A DNA stretch of 64,000 nucleotides, from assembly GCA_002633005.1 (NCBI GenBank), contig NMRA01000235.1, positions 510,964 to 574,963 of the forward strand, written 5' to 3'. The translations under genes and the position numbers were made by a program. Origin of the DNA: Phoronis australis. Its lineage: Eukaryota > Animalia > Phoronida. Every line of letters starts with the position of its first letter. The first letter of the stretch is position 1. This document shows, one piece after another, positions 12,173 to 25,595 of the stretch. The notes beneath the pieces were generated by a model. It was given only the letters and a program-made list of their open reading frames with translations, was not told the origin of the DNA and did not search any database.

Positions 12173-14869
12173 GTAAGGATTTGTGCATGTCTATTGTTTG
12201 TGGCACAGAGTCTGTTTTTATTAGAGCTGGCAACAGTAGGTGGACAAAGCTGTGTTCCAAGTTTTAAAAGTGGTTAACGCAAAGTTAATTGTCCCAGATG
12301 TCCAGTTTTGTTTTCTAGAGACGGACAATCCTTGCAAAAAAGAAATTTGCCACGCTTTACAAGCAATACACATACAGCACACATCACGTGATGTGTGCTG
12401 TACAGAGTGCATGCGTAATCACGGTATCAACAATCACAAGATTCTTGCAATTTTGCAACTTACCCCAATACAGAGCATCAGGCTGGACAGCTAGTGTCCT
12501 GTCATGCACTTTTTTCATCTGTTTGCTTCACAAATCGAATGGACGTACTACAATCAATTTTTAATCTTGGGATGCAGGTAGAAATTATCAAGCACTATAA
12601 TTTATATGCACTTCACCGCCATTTTACGGATCTTGAGGTATTTTAGATTTAGTGGTACGATACCTGTTTTTACAGGACATTGTATTTCTACAATTTGATT
12701 GGTGTGCGCGTGGTACATGTGTCACTTTTCGTCTAATCCACATCATAAGTCATGACCATTATGTTTAATGTGTTCATTACTGAGACATGTGCAGCTTATT
12801 TACAACGACTGTCACACAACTGAGCATAAATCCATCTCCTGCAGCACAGAGACCACATACAGTATGTGACGTAATATTTGCTATGGTTCAATATTAGTGT
12901 ATCATACAAATCCTTTCTCCAGAAGAAGAATATCAAATCTGAACATAAATGAATACCTTTATTAGTTTAGGTACATGCATGTACGATTTTATGGGTATTC
13001 TTTGTTTTCCACATGTTATTTGTAAATGTCATGTAAGGTCTCAATGTTGGCTTTGACATGATGCTTTCTACTGCATATTACACAATGTCTTGGTAGCAAA
13101 ATCATTATTCATATTGCAAATAATGGAAATGCGCTTTAGTTTAGCTTACCAAACTTGTCCACAGTGGCTTAAAGTCTTTGCACTATTTCGTACCTCCGAC
13201 GAGAGCAGAAAATCACTGTGTACGTAAATGCCTTGTTTTTTGTTTGGTTATTTTGATTCTCAGTTTGTTCTTTATACATATTTGATTATTTTCGTTAACA
13301 AGGCAACGGTAGTCCAAGGCAACACGTCTATTTCAAAGTCTCAACATACACAAAAAACGACTAAACATTCTAGGTTTATATCCCACTAAAAATCTCCTTG
13401 ATACTTTATATGATATACATGTAGGCCCGTTTGGCAGTTAGTACACATTTGGTACTTGTTATTGAATTTGCCGTTATGCTCGACCCACTTGGTGGGCAAT
13501 CGGCCAATACCCATTTGGTTTGGTGTACCCACTGCTAACCGTGCCGCTTAGTATCCGATACTAAATTACACATTGGGTATCGTAAATACATGTACGTGTG
13601 TTATCTGTTGCAATTAAGGAACCCATCTGGTTCCTTCCGTGAAATAGTTATTTGTAGACCTGTGACTCTGAAATTCCCAATGCAACTTAATATATAATAT
13701 TATTCTTGTGATGTTTTAGTTGTCCCCAATAAAAGTATGAGAAAACATATTTTTGATATACTGCCTCGTCACTTTCTCACCTGGAAAAATCCTGAAAGTT
13801 CACACTCATCGTCATACTCGCCAACCATATCCTAATCCATTCCTCATCAACTTTTATCACTTTATCTCATCATTTCCATTTAGAAATACTTTCAAAATGG
13901 TAAACTCTATTGTCAAAAGTAACAAACACTTTTTGTGCTGCGTAAATTTTACAGATATCTATTGCTCGATATTGTTACAAATTCATTTTTGTCTGTTAAT
14001 ACTTATGTTTATGTTGATGAATTGATTCCTACGATACTGAATTTAAACAAACATTACAATAAAAAATCAGCTGTAGGTGTAAGTGTAAACAGAGAATATC
14101 AGCTGAAGACATTTCTGGCATTAACAACTCGTAACATGTCAGAATTATCTTGTGAATGTTTTTAAATGGCATGACAGAGTACAATATGCCCGTTTTGTAT
14201 TTCACAAGTCTTAAAAGTTTCAAAAAATTAAGCAATTCGATTATTTAATTAACGAATATTCAAACGAGTGAACGGCCACTCCGTAAAACCAGAAGTTTTT
14301 TATCCTTCGTCTTCAGCGTCCTCTCATCTTTAGTGCTTATGTCCCTTGGTCCGCAACATCCGCAACGCGCACTGACAGGGGTTGGCAGTCCCTATCTATA
14401 GTCTATGGTGTTAATCAAACTTCGATTTTATTACATCAAGATATGGGCTTTGCCGCACTGAAACAGTGCGAGCTATAGCCCCCAGCACCCCTATGCACCA
14501 TGCGAGATTCTTTTTCTTAAGGTATTCATAAAGAAAACGATTAAACGTCAGTCCCTGAAAGGACAAATGAACAAATCGGCGCATTAATGAAGCATACATC
14601 CTGAAAAAATTCCGAAAGTTCAGCTGAGACTTACATGAATTTTATCTCTGAAAAGACTTCAACAATTTTTCGGAGTTTTTTAGAAAAGTCTTCGATTTTC
14701 TTAATCGAATGTGGTTTTCGTTTGGTTATATTTTTGGCAAAAATCGGCAAGGCAATGATCGTCGAACTCTCTGTTCAACTGCGTGGAGGCAGTCTTCAAG
14801 GAGTCACTCAACGACGTAATAAGGTTATGAAATATGTATAAAGCGCAAAAACTTTCCTATTGCCATAAA

Positions 14870-14988
14870 TCGTAGGTCGAGGGAGTCTTAGGTCGAGGGG
14901 GTCGTGGGACGAGGGGTTCGAGGCGTGTATGGGTCGTGGATCCAGGGGGTCGAGGCGTGTGTGGGTCGAGGCGGTTTGACAGCAATCC
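14870..14988. repeat. G-rich degenerate GGGTCGAGG repeats, probably a subterminal region of a DNA transposon
   Basis: About 7 imperfect GGTCGAGG/GGTCGTGG units in AT-rich context. Confidence 0.55.
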
Positions 14989-15081
14989 GAATTTACGCCA
15001 GTGTTGAGTTTATTAGTTAACCCCGGTAATTAACATTATACGGCTAAAACAAGATTTAAANNNNNNNNNNNNNNNNNNNNN

Positions 15082-15881
15082 GGGGGGGGTCTCAAATCCA
15101 ATTTCAATTGTCAAATTCGAAAAACGTCGCAATACGTAACGGAACTATCACGGCTAAGAATAGGCTCTCCCGCATTTCCCAGACGACCGGCAGTCGCGCT
15201 GCACTACGACTCCGTTTCCCGTCGTCTGCTTCACTGTGCAATGAAGACAATCACTTCATTTTTTAAAGAAAACGGACTCTGAGTGACGATGAAAAAACAG
15301 AAGCTGCTGGTAAGATGTGAATTTTAATCGAAGCCTTAATGAATCACTCAGAAACTCATAGTTCTCTCTTAACTTAAGACGATTTCCAAAGCAATTGCGT
15401 AATTAATGCCAACACAAAAAACGGATTTGGTCTTTTGGGCAATTGAAGATTATTATAAATACAACAAATTTGTTACGAACTGACTGCACAAAATATAAAA
15501 AATGTAATAATCATTACAAAAAGACGTAGGTTTTCCGCGCAAATGCTGTGGACCATAAACAAGTAGGCCTATTTGAATCAATGTACGAGTGAAATTATGG
15601 TGGTGCGGTGGTAAAGCACGCGCGCTCTATCCGCCAGATCGTGAGTCTGTGGTAATTGCAGTGTTTCAAGTTAGACACGTTCTCCGTGTTTTTTATCCGT
15701 TGCCTTTTTTCTTGGATAATACTTCAGGAATCAAGGAAAATGCTTGATTTTTAGAGGAAAAAACAAAAAAATCATGGCGACCTCCGCCCATTCGGTGCTG
15801 TGCGCATCTACAATCGAGCTTTGCGCAAATGTTTACAGACAAAATGTTGGGCCCCCTTGTGATATCCTAGATCCACCACTG
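15082..15881. mobile_element. hAT-type element whose left end probably lies in the assembly gap
   Basis: Right end CCTAGATCCACCACTG is the reverse complement of CAGTGGTGGATCTAGG. A poly-G run right after the gap resembles the left subterminal region of this family. Confidence 0.4.
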
Positions 15882-16676
15882 ATTACAGTAGTCAGGTAAG
15901 GAAATAAACGCAGCCCTGTAAGGCACATTGTGATTGACAAATCGTTTATTACGCTGGCAGCAGCCTTCAGTGACACTGCAGTATCAGGCTTACCAGTGTT
16001 TCTTTGACCGTCACCGAGACATGCGACTTGAGAAAAGGCGTTGCTTAGTCTCTAAGTGATAGTTTGGCTGCCTCTTACCCTTCTATTACGCTTTTGTTGT
16101 TGACCTGCTGCCTACTGCTGACGAAAAGCTAATTACTGTCTTTGATTTCCGTTATTATAGATCGACGTATTTGAAGCGACTGTTAATTACCTTTTCCTAA
16201 AAGCTAGGAAAAGGTCAAAGGTCAACGTGTCAAAGACAGCACGGACCTGTTAGTTTTGGCAGACACCCCGACATCGACGGATATGCAATGAAAACACAAC
16301 ATTTGACTCATCAAGTGATACAACTGGCTGAGTGTCTCTAAAGCATGAGGCCTTGAACGCCGAAATCTAAGAACTTTTCAAAGAATTGGAAAACGTATAC
16401 GCACATACGACACTGGCATTTAGTCACAAGCGAATAACGTCGTGAATATGAGTCGGAAAACTGTTTTGTCGGGTAGCTTTACTTAAGACGGGTAAACGAT
16501 ATATTGTATCATTACATTTGCGTTGTACTTTACCTTAATGTAATAACTCTATGTTGCAAGCTGCGTGATATCACCTTTGAAATAGGAAAACTGGGGTACA
16601 TATACTTGTCAGCCTAAAACACTCCTGTTTTATACTTGTCTCAACTAGACAGTTCGATTTAACTTTTTATTTCCAG

Positions 16677-16949
16677 CCTTACCCGGATGCTTTGGTGATA
16701 GTGTAGAGCACGATCTGGAACACCATATGTACACGTCGTTAGAAAACACAAATGATATGTGCCGGGAGGAATGCGGAATTAGTGGATATTTATTCGCCGG
16801 TACACAAAATGCCAGGGAGTGCTGGTGCGGGAACCGATACGGGACGCACTGGAAAAAACCTGACGAGGAATGTAACATGCTGTGTCCAGGTATTGCGGGA
16901 CAAGTATGCGGTGGCAAATCTCGGAACTGGGTCCAAAAGGCAAAGCAAG
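16677..16949 (+). CDS. WSC domain 2 (single phase 1-1 exon)
   Basis: Acceptor TTTTTATTTCCAG; LPGCFGD...MCREEC...YLFAGTQNARECWCGN...ECNMLCPG...VCGG with all 8 Cys; donor G|GTAGTG. Confidence 0.92.
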
Positions 16950-17559
16950 GTAGTGTATCCCACGGCTCATTTATTTATTGTTAGACATAACTGCAGTTTT
17001 CTGAAAGTTGGGAAAACACGTACTGGTCATTTCCGTAATGAACCTGTGTCCAGAAAGTTTTTCAGGGGTCTATGCAAAAAAACATTCCGGAAACTAAAAT
17101 TCCCATACCCTCAAATGTCAGCAACGTTACTACTGTTTTTAAAAAAGTCTGACGACACAGCTGTTTACGAAAGTACTTGCAAAGTTTTGACGTTCCATTA
17201 AAAGTCCGAGAAATGAAAACCATCGGCATCTAGCCCATTTTTTCAGTTGTCATAGACATTTGCTGAGATTTCTAAAGAGACTTGTGGTATTATTTTTGTG
17301 AAATCCTTCCTAAAAATCCTATATGTGAGCTTTATGATTGCAGATGGTTTGTGTGAATGTCCAGGTAAAAAGAAGCTAAATGCAGTAATTTAAGAAATAT
17401 GACTTTTGAATAAGGACGTAAGTCGTACCAATGGAATCGAGATTGATGCTGCATCTACGTAATTGTGATTAGCATTTGATCCAGACCGCGCCAATTGCCA
17501 CCACTACCTTCAAAATAAAAGCTACTATAATGATTACTAAGGTAGACAAGATCTTTGTC

Positions 17560-17830
17560 CTGCCTTCAATCTTTTTACCGATATCGATGTAGAACTCGAA
17601 AGTGTATTTGGCATGTTTACTTTATTTTTGTGCAAACTCAAGAAAATTCTCTATTATTCAATGTTCGAGTACTGAATGACTTACGTGAATAATATAATAA
17701 TATATCTTGCAGTTGATAAATACCACATTAAGGTTAAAATTTCGAGCTTGGACTCGAAAGTTTGAGTTGTTCTAGAGTTAGTAGCTAGAATATAAGGGTC
17801 TTCAAGTGCAAACAAAACAAAACAATACAA
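17560..17830 (+). repeat. Dispersed repeat, diverged copy of 21894-22170
   Basis: Shared GAACTCGAAA...TTTGGCAT...CTATTATT...TCGAGTAC and GAATATAAGGGTCTTCAAG(T/G)GCAAAC. Confidence 0.7.
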
Positions 17831-18691
17831 CTAAAATACTGTCAGACCATATTCTGACATCGTGGAATACATGCAACTGAGTCATTGATTTCTTAATGCA
17901 CACCTCCTTTTCAAGAAGAACTTATGGTGCTTTCATAATAGGGCATATAGCAAAATCTTTTTGGCTAAGGTTTTCCTTTGCACACAATACATTACTACTT
18001 CTAGTCCTTCAAGTGAGCTCAGGCTGCCGGTCGACTAGAATGCCGCAACCATTTTCATCTTCTGCAAGATAGACTTGTCATGTCAGTGATGGATCCGGAA
18101 TCTTGATGGAGAGGAATTTAAAAACATCAAATGGAAATTTCCTCAGCAGCCTCACACATAGTATCCCCTCGGTCTTTTCCGTTTTCGGTCGTGTCTACAC
18201 AGAATCTGGTCCCTAACCTATCAAGCCAACAGTGCGAGGAAATTCTTTGTATCGTTGTGGTTGTTCAAAATATGTTGTTGTCCTTATTCAATTTCCTGGT
18301 ATTGTGGTCGACTCGTAAAAATATTACAGTTTAAAATTTCTGACAACACATTACTTGACTTCAACTTTGGAAACAACTTGCAATGTTGCGATTTTGCTGT
18401 TACTGTGGGCATACTAGAGAGAGTTTCACGTTTATTCGTCCGTGTAGATATCTCGCAAAGTATACTACGAGTGGTAACACTTACACAAGGCCTACTGAAC
18501 GCTTAACTGGTACAACGCTGCCACCAAATATTACTTCAGTACTCCAATAATGAATCATAGCTAGTCAGATAATTCCACTGTGAATATCGATAAAATGGCA
18601 ATTGAGAGTCAATGATTTCACCAATGCCTCGCACAAATTTGGGTCATTTTATAGTCAAAAGCCCATGGCAGTATAGCAAATACTCTTTCAG

Positions 18692-18997
18692 TGCGGGCAG
18701 TGACGTGTTTGACCAGTCAGTTTGGGTTGAATTACAAGGGTAAGTCGTCGTGGAGTTTGTTCGGTAAGCGATGCCAGCAATGGAGCGACATCTACGGAAA
18801 AACCCTCACGGATCGTGATGACAAATACAAAAGGTACGTCGAGAAAACCAGGTCATCTTACAAACGAATGAGTGCTGAAGACCAGAAGACGAACTACTGT
18901 AGGAACATCGACTCAGATCAATATGGGCCGTGGTGCTTCACAGACCTCCATTTGCTCACTTGGGATTACTGCTTCGTCCCAATTTGCAATCACGTTG
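18692..18997 (+). CDS. Kringle domain 1 (phase 1-1 exon)
   Basis: Acceptor CTCTTTCAG; VTC...GLNYKG...GKRCQQW...NYCRNID...GPWCFT...WDYCFVPIC with 6 Cys; donor G|GTAAGC. Confidence 0.93.
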
Positions 18998-19686
18998 GTA
19001 AGCACGATTTCTGAAAAGGTGGCACTAGTCTTCCTACCCATTCATTAGGTCCGTAACTGGCAAAGCAAACTGTATTATTTTTATTTTCATTTTTGAAAGA
19101 TGACGAATCACAACAACGTGGCGTATGGACCCTTCGAAGTAGGGATTATGTATAAAAGATTATTTACATTCATGAGCTCGTTGCCAAAACATTTCCTAAG
19201 AGGAAAACATTATCTGCACTGGAGCAAACTTCAGTCACGTGACACTTCAACTGCTGGACTAAACTCGCTGCATATCTAAGGTTTGCGCATTCCCAGATAA
19301 CGTTCACTTCCAAGAGTGAATTTAAGAGTACAAGAATAGCATTGCCTTTCCTTTGTTGCAATAATAGGCTTGACCACATGTAAATGGGATTAAATAATTT
19401 GTGATAAGCAATTAATAAAATCCAAGCTGACAGCACGTGAATGCGATCAACACGTGTATTTTATGTTGCCGGACTTTTTTCAGTGAAACCAAATAAAGGT
19501 AAGGACTCTTTGTTATAAACGTAGAAGGCCGACTCTTGAGGAACCTGTATTTTCTATTTTTCAGACGAGGTTTCGAGATTTCCAGGGGTGTATATCCGCT
19601 CAAAATTTCTATTGCTAACAAGTTCACGGGTCCTGGTGACTTCAAAGTTGTCTGGTCGACATTTCACACCAAATTAACTTGAAAAC

Positions 19687-21400
19687 CAGTGGCGGATCTA
19701 CGGGGGAGTTCAGGGGGTTTAAATAATCCCTCGGGCCAGGACCCAAAAATTAGAAGAAAAAAACAAAACGTCTTCTGCAAAACAAAAACGGCACCGCCAG
19801 CGTGTGTAAACCCCAAGTAAACTAACTTGGAAAAAAATGAGGGGTTCACTCTGAAAATATATTTTTTGCATTGAGAATTGCTGTTATGAAAATCAACGCG
19901 TTTCGAGTCTTCGTGGCTCGTTGGAAAACCCTGAGATCAATTGTGCGCGCGCTTCCGACGACACATCTGAAGTAGCCAAGCATGTCATGTCATCCTATCA
20001 CATCCCAGACGTTTGTAACTTGAATTTGACTGGTGTATAGTAAAGTTGTCTTGCGCAATATCATACAGTGTACATGTGCATGTACATGTAATACTTTTGA
20101 AAAAAACTTGTTTTCCGAAGAGTTGCTATTGTGGCCTGCGCCGTGGTCTGGTCGGGAGTCTGTTTGAAGATGCACTCGAACGAGTTATGTCTATACAAGG
20201 AATGACCAAGGGGGCACTCACATTGCCAAAGTGACCGCATTCGCGAACAGTGTACAGTACCAGAAATTGCGGGGAGGCTGTGTTTTCACAAAAAAGTCTT
20301 GCGGGACTCGTGCGATGTTCAGCCAGCCTCCTGCTTTTTTCACGAAGATAACAAAGATGTCGGTATCCAAAAAGCGTCAACTACAACTTGATATGGTGTT
20401 GAGGATACTTCCTGTGTGATGAAGCACCAGTTGCGTTGTCTTTGACAAAATCTGTCGACGCTCAACGTGAAACAGGTGAAGAGGTGGAAGCAACAAATTG
20501 CTATTCTCTAATAATTAACAGATAGGACATAAGGGACAAGTAAGTCAAAATTATTTAGATGTATTTTTGTCCATATAAGAGTTACATAGTTTGATACATC
20601 GCATATTAAACTAAAAAAACTAGCGCTTAGTTGGAATAGGGACTATGTTACAGTTGACCGCATTTTTGAACAGTTTACCAGAAAATGCGACGTACATGTA
20701 CGTCTCGAAAACCATCAAAGGTTGCAACACACTAGGTGATGTTGCCCGTGAATCCGTTTCCACAAATATCACCTACGATTATTGTCAATTTTTAATTTAA
20801 TTGCTGAAAAACTTATATAAGACGTGACAAGCAAGCACAATCTGTCTTTGAGTGTAAGGTTTCTAGGATATAAAGAAGGGACGTTTCGGACAATCACGAA
20901 CGCTTTAGCTGTATAAGTACCTAATGAGGAATGGTGGCACGCATTGACTATTCAAAAAAAACTTCCCGTGTGTAATCTCCATTGAAAAAACATACTATGC
21001 GAGTCCTAGGACACGAACTCGACAACAGTATCTGTTATACTTGGAGTACAATGAATGTTCTGCACTGATGTCCCTCTTAAATTACATGCACCGTGCTGAA
21101 GTCACAAACAAAATTTGGTTATTACTTCTTTTCCAAACTTCCCTCAGATAAGAAACTGTATCACAGCCGTTAACGAGGCGTTGTTGTTTTTTTTTAAATC
21201 CATAATAGACAGCCATTTGCAAGAGGAGAAATTGATAGACGGAAACAGAAAGACCTTTGCAAAACTACACGGATAGATAAATTCAACGTAATTGACTTTT
21301 TCATCAATCTCTTGTCAGCACGAATGACATCACCATGGTAAACCCCCACTTATATGTAGACGTCGCGACAATAAGTGCACTAAGTAACCAAAGGTGAAAC
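19687..21400 (+). mobile_element. Decayed hAT (Tip100-like) transposon: left TIR plus transposase remnants
   Basis: CAGTGGCGGATCTA terminus. Remnants FLNSLPENATY..SKTI (~20665-20720) and FNVIDFFINLLSAR (~21280) resemble Tip100-type transposases. Right end not located. Confidence 0.5.
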
Positions 21401-21519
21401 TGACCTATCGCTAGGACTTTGAGTGACGGCTTAACTGACCATTTACAGCGCAGCATTATTGACACACCTTCGTTTCCAAGTCGCCATTTTACCCCACAGA
21501 CTTGACGTTGCCGGGTAAA

Positions 21520-21785
21520 ACTTATTGTTTGTTAGTCGACATTATGCAGAGGGGCGGAGCTTGCGATAGGCTACTTGGGGTGCTGAAGCTGAAACTAAAG
21601 CCTAATCACACGGAATCTTGGCAAATGTCCCAGATCTCGAAACTAGTGCTTCACTCGTTGTACACAAGAATTTGTTGTATTCTTTGAAAGAAATAACTAC
21701 CAAGTTGAAGCAGTGCGGTATGGATGTCAGTGCTGGGCACTCAAGTCGGATATGCAGGATAACAGAAAACAAATAGAAGAACGAT
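21520..21785 (+). mobile_element. hAT transposase fragment (THAP12/PRKRIR-like), repeated at 37125-37377
   Basis: WGAEAETKA.SHGILANV.DLETSASLVVHKNLLYSLKEITTKLKQCGMDV. Clearly similar to the 37 kb copy by eye. Confidence 0.55.
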
Positions 21786-21893
21786 TTGCAAATTAGAACG
21801 CCGAGGTAGAGGAGTTGGCCGATCACGCGGAAGCAGAATAATGTGCTCCTCGTGCAAAGGGCAGAAACACCTACAGAGCAACAGAGCCACCTG

Positions 21894-22187
21894 GGCCCGG
21901 TCTCCAATCTTTTTACTCGAAATGGAACTCGAAATTAGGTTTGGCATTTTCTACTCTTCTTTTGGGCGAAATCAAGATAAGTGTCTATTATTTTATGCTC
22001 GAGTACACTAATAACTTACGTAGATAATTTATTGCCCTTAGTTCACAGTTTGTAAACCCAATATTAAAGCAATAAGTTCGAGTTTGAACTCGAAATTTCG
22101 AGTTTTTACTTGAGTTTGTAGCACGAATATAAGGGTCTTCAAGGGCAAACTTGAACAAGAAACTCCTATGCATAAACTATAATGTAT
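21894..22187 (+). mobile_element. Left end of a PIF/Harbinger-like element, running into the gap
   Basis: CTG|GGCCCGGTCTCCAATCT terminus, identical to that at 46462. Confidence 0.5.
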
Positions 22188-22495
22188 NNNNNNNNNNNNN
22201 NNNNNNNNNNNNNNNNNNNNNNNNNNNNNNNNNNNNNNNNNNNNNNNNNNNNNNNNNNNNNNNNNNNNNNNNNNNNNNNNNNNNNNNNNNNNNNNNNNNN
22301 NNNNNNNNNNNNNNNNNNNNNNNNNNNNNNNNNNNNNNNNNNNNNNNNNNNNNNNNNNNNNNNNNNNNNNNNNNNNNNNNNNNNNNNNNNNNNNNNNNNN
22401 NNNNNNNNNNNNNNNNNNNNNNNNNNNNNNNNNNNNNNNNNNNNNNNNNNNNNNNNNNNNNNNNNNNNNNNNNNNNNNNNNNNNNNNNNNNNNNN

Positions 22496-22870
22496 GACAG
22501 TAATTCACATGTAAATATTCACCTGCAGAGCTCCAATCATTGTTATCAGCAGTGCTCTTTCAATGACTTTGCAATAATAGACCAGGCAGTAACAACAAAG
22601 GAGCTTAAAATTCGTGAGGATTTACATATCAGTTGGTGCAAGCCCAATCTCAATAGGCAACTGACACACCACAGGTTGTCATTGTTGGTCTAGTTCATTG
22701 TCCCTCCCTGTAACTGACTCTATCTGTGCTTCATTACTTGTTGCTGGGCCTAGCTAGGTGGCCACTGTATTATGACTTCTGAGGATGGTGTTTAATAAAT
22801 GACACCGAAACATGTCAAGTTTTAAAACCGTTGTTGTTTTCTTGAACTTTAGTATCTGATTTTCAAGATA
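22496..22870 (+). mobile_element. Penelope-like element 3' remnant (GIY-YIG C-terminus plus pLTR)
   Basis: HVNIHL...FAIIDQA...LKIREDLHISWCKPNLNRQ is a typical PLE C-terminus; a hammerhead motif follows. Confidence 0.8.
22774..22821 (+). ncRNA. Minimal type I hammerhead ribozyme
   Basis: GACTT-CTGAGGA-T-GGTGT(loop)ACACC-GAAA-CATG-TC-AAGTT: both core boxes, stems I and II, and a palindromic stem III (ACATGT). Confidence 0.8.
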
Positions 22871-23184
22871 CATCTATTTGTCGCAGCTCCATTGTTAGAA
22901 AGTCTCGTAGTCGAGTTCAACGATGTATGAGAAGTAATTTGCATTTCAAGTACACTAAGGGGTTTTGCAATGTAGCCAGCGCCGGGCTCACTGTTTTAAC
23001 GATTAGTCTTTTCTTTGGTGTAAAACGTCACGAACATGAATTGAGTCACTACTCTCTTGGGTCAAGCCCCCCACACTACAGTAACTGTACGTGCCGACTC
23101 TGATGGGGTGTCACGAGGATGGGAACATGGACGACGCTGGACAAAATCCTGGAACCATGCTAGATATTTGTTGTTCTTTTTGTA

Positions 23185-23800
23185 CATTTAGCCTAGGGTT
23201 CGGCAACCGTGGTTACGGTGGGTGACTGTTCGCAACCCTAGAACAGTTTTTAAAGGTGGAAATTAAGGCCGCCATTTTGCAATATCTTATTTTTTGCTGA
23301 GCAGGCAGTGACGTTTTTGGTTTAGGAGTCACAAACTATAATGGATTCGACCACATGTCCACGATGTATTCAGAAACAAACGCGGTTTATTCAATTCGCT
23401 GACCTAGGAAACATGGATGAAAACATCAAAATAATCAGACAACAGATTTGGGTATGAAGTTATAAGCGAAATAGAATTTTGCATAATTGTGGCCTTTATT
23501 TGCATATTTAAAAATGCACAAGGGTTGCGAATGGCCACCTCATCAATTGTGATCACCTATCCCAGACTATTCTTAACTTTCACCTGGGAAATAGGACGTG
23601 TACTCAAGGGACTGCTCGCATTGGCCTCATCCCATATTGCATTTTTTCACTATTGGTGGTTACTTTGTCATAGCTTAACCGGATATTATGAACTGAGCAA
23701 GTAATATGCACCAAGCCTAGGAGCATTTTGTATATTTTTGAATATTCTGTAAGTTAATGTAACCACAAAACCGATGTACTAATTCACATTTGTTCAACAC
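23185..23800. mobile_element. Possible Helentron/HINE-like non-autonomous element
   Basis: T-rich start followed by an imperfect hairpin CTAGGGTT...AACCCTAG (23193-23242). Right end undefined. Confidence 0.3.
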
Positions 23801-24052
23801 ATAGTGATATATATATATATATATACAAAGCTTAATTAAAGTCACAATTCTGCAGATGTTCTTGCTGTTAGACTGCTTAATATAACCTTGTTTGTAACCT
23901 GCATACTAATTCACATGCCTTCTGAAAAATGGTTGAAAAGTGACATATGTGTACTTATTCGAAAGCCTTAGGCAAACTGCTCTATGCTCACTACTACAAA
24001 TGCCTTCACCAGCATGTTACATGTTCGGTTATGCTAATTTACATTCCTTCAG

Positions 24053-24334
24053 ATTCATCATTAACCTGTAAAAGAACCAAGTTGGGGAATGAATACGAAG
24101 GATCGAAATCTACCACACAGAAAGGTCTCATATGCAGAGTTTGGTCGAATATTGATGTACTCGAAAGATTGATGAGGAATCCGAAATCTGAAGCGGCTTT
24201 TGACCGGCTGCCACATTCTGTGCAGACATCTAACTTTTGCCGTAACCCAGACTACTCTTCGAATGGTCCCTGGTGCTACATAGAAGGGAAGTTCCCGGAG
24301 TGGGATTATTGTGGCATCCCGTTTTGCAAAGGAT
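24053..24334 (+). CDS. Kringle domain 2 (phase 1-1 exon)
   Basis: Branch-like GCTAAT plus CCTTCAG acceptor; LTCKRTKLGNEYEG...GLICRVW...NFCRNPD...GPWCY...WDYCGIPFC; donor T|GTACGT. Confidence 0.93.
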
Positions 24335-25595
24335 GTACGTCACTTTTAGTGGTTGTTTTATTATCAAGGGACTGTTGATGGAGTGCCAACTCCGATCTTG
24401 CAGCCGTTGAGTTTGAGCCGCGCATCGAGTGAGATTTGTTTGTATTCATTTGTTCTGGTGTGTATACTTGCTAGGGCATATACTGTCATGAACACTTTTC
24501 ACAACTCAGCCGTTTTTCAACCGAGTTGGATATCATTATAAAAGTCTGTCTGAGTTCTTAAATTCTTACCCCTGAAGCAATAGATAAATAATTAATTTCA
24601 ATGCAATAGAAAGCAATTCTCATTTCGAGTACGTGACTGGTTTAAAAATGTTCTTTAATTCCAAAAAACATGAGTGTTGTCATAATGAGGAAAATAACAG
24701 CGGAAATGAACCAGATGGCATATAAAATGACTACTTAAGCCACAAACGAATAATTTCTACCCCATCATGCCGAAGGTTTCAGAATATGAACCCCTAAATA
24801 CTTGCTGCAAATGCATGTAATTTATTTAAGTATTCATCGAAAAAGACGCATTATAATTAATTGTAACACTTTACATTTTACGTAAAAATCCACAATGCAG
24901 TGACATTTACGAAAAATGTGATAAAGCAGTCCAAGGATACATCCGAGATTCGCGGATCGATGAATAATGGGCAAACATCTATACTGTACCTTTGAAATGT
25001 AATGTGCAAATTTCTTCCCACTGGTTGCAGTGCAGAACTTTCCATAAAATTAAGAAATAAATCCTAAGTTAAGTATCCTGATATTACTGTTAGCAACAGT
25101 AATTGAAAAGCGATTTTACGATTGTTATGCTGGAAAATATTTTTCATAAAAACAATTTTATGTACTGTATACATAGTGCAAATATTTTTCCTTTTCTCGA
25201 TTTAGTCGAATGGAAAGTAGGGCTCTGTCGCGAAAGAAATTGCAATTATGCATGATTATATGCAAATTTTGCCACGTGTCTAAGAGCCGGATATTTCTAC
25301 AGTGTGGCGCAATCGCAAGAAAAAGTCCAAAAAGTTTAGCAATACGCAATGATTCGGAGAAATGAAAAATAGAATGTACGATGTCGGAAACACAAAGTAT
25401 CGAGTTAGATTGTTTCACCACCTAAACGTTTCTTTTTTAAGTTTTATTCCACGGGCTCAGGTAAATACTACAAACAACAATCAATAATTAGAAATTGAAT
25501 TAATTACAAATTTATTTGTGCAACTATTGATTAAATTTTGCGTAATACAAAATTAGTTGAAAACAGTCGCAGTTATCTGCATACATAGGCCATGC

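Noticed and set aside
13160-13221. CACAGTG...CACTGTG, RSS/Transib-like mini element
   Set aside because: Only 7-bp inverted ends, no 5-bp TSD and no nonamer; compatible with chance.
15598-15670. tRNA or SINE head (TGGTGCGGTGGTAAAGCAC)
   Set aside because: A-box-like only; no B box and no cloverleaf.
17850-18640. Decayed RTE-type endonuclease on the minus strand
   Set aside because: Similarity too weak to support by eye.
22038-22514. Long ORFs in the track
   Set aside because: Artefacts of the N gap.
8576-24334. Naming the gene Kremen, plasminogen or PKD1
   Set aside because: Domain order and missing CUB, protease, REJ and TM regions do not support orthology; gene symbol left blank.
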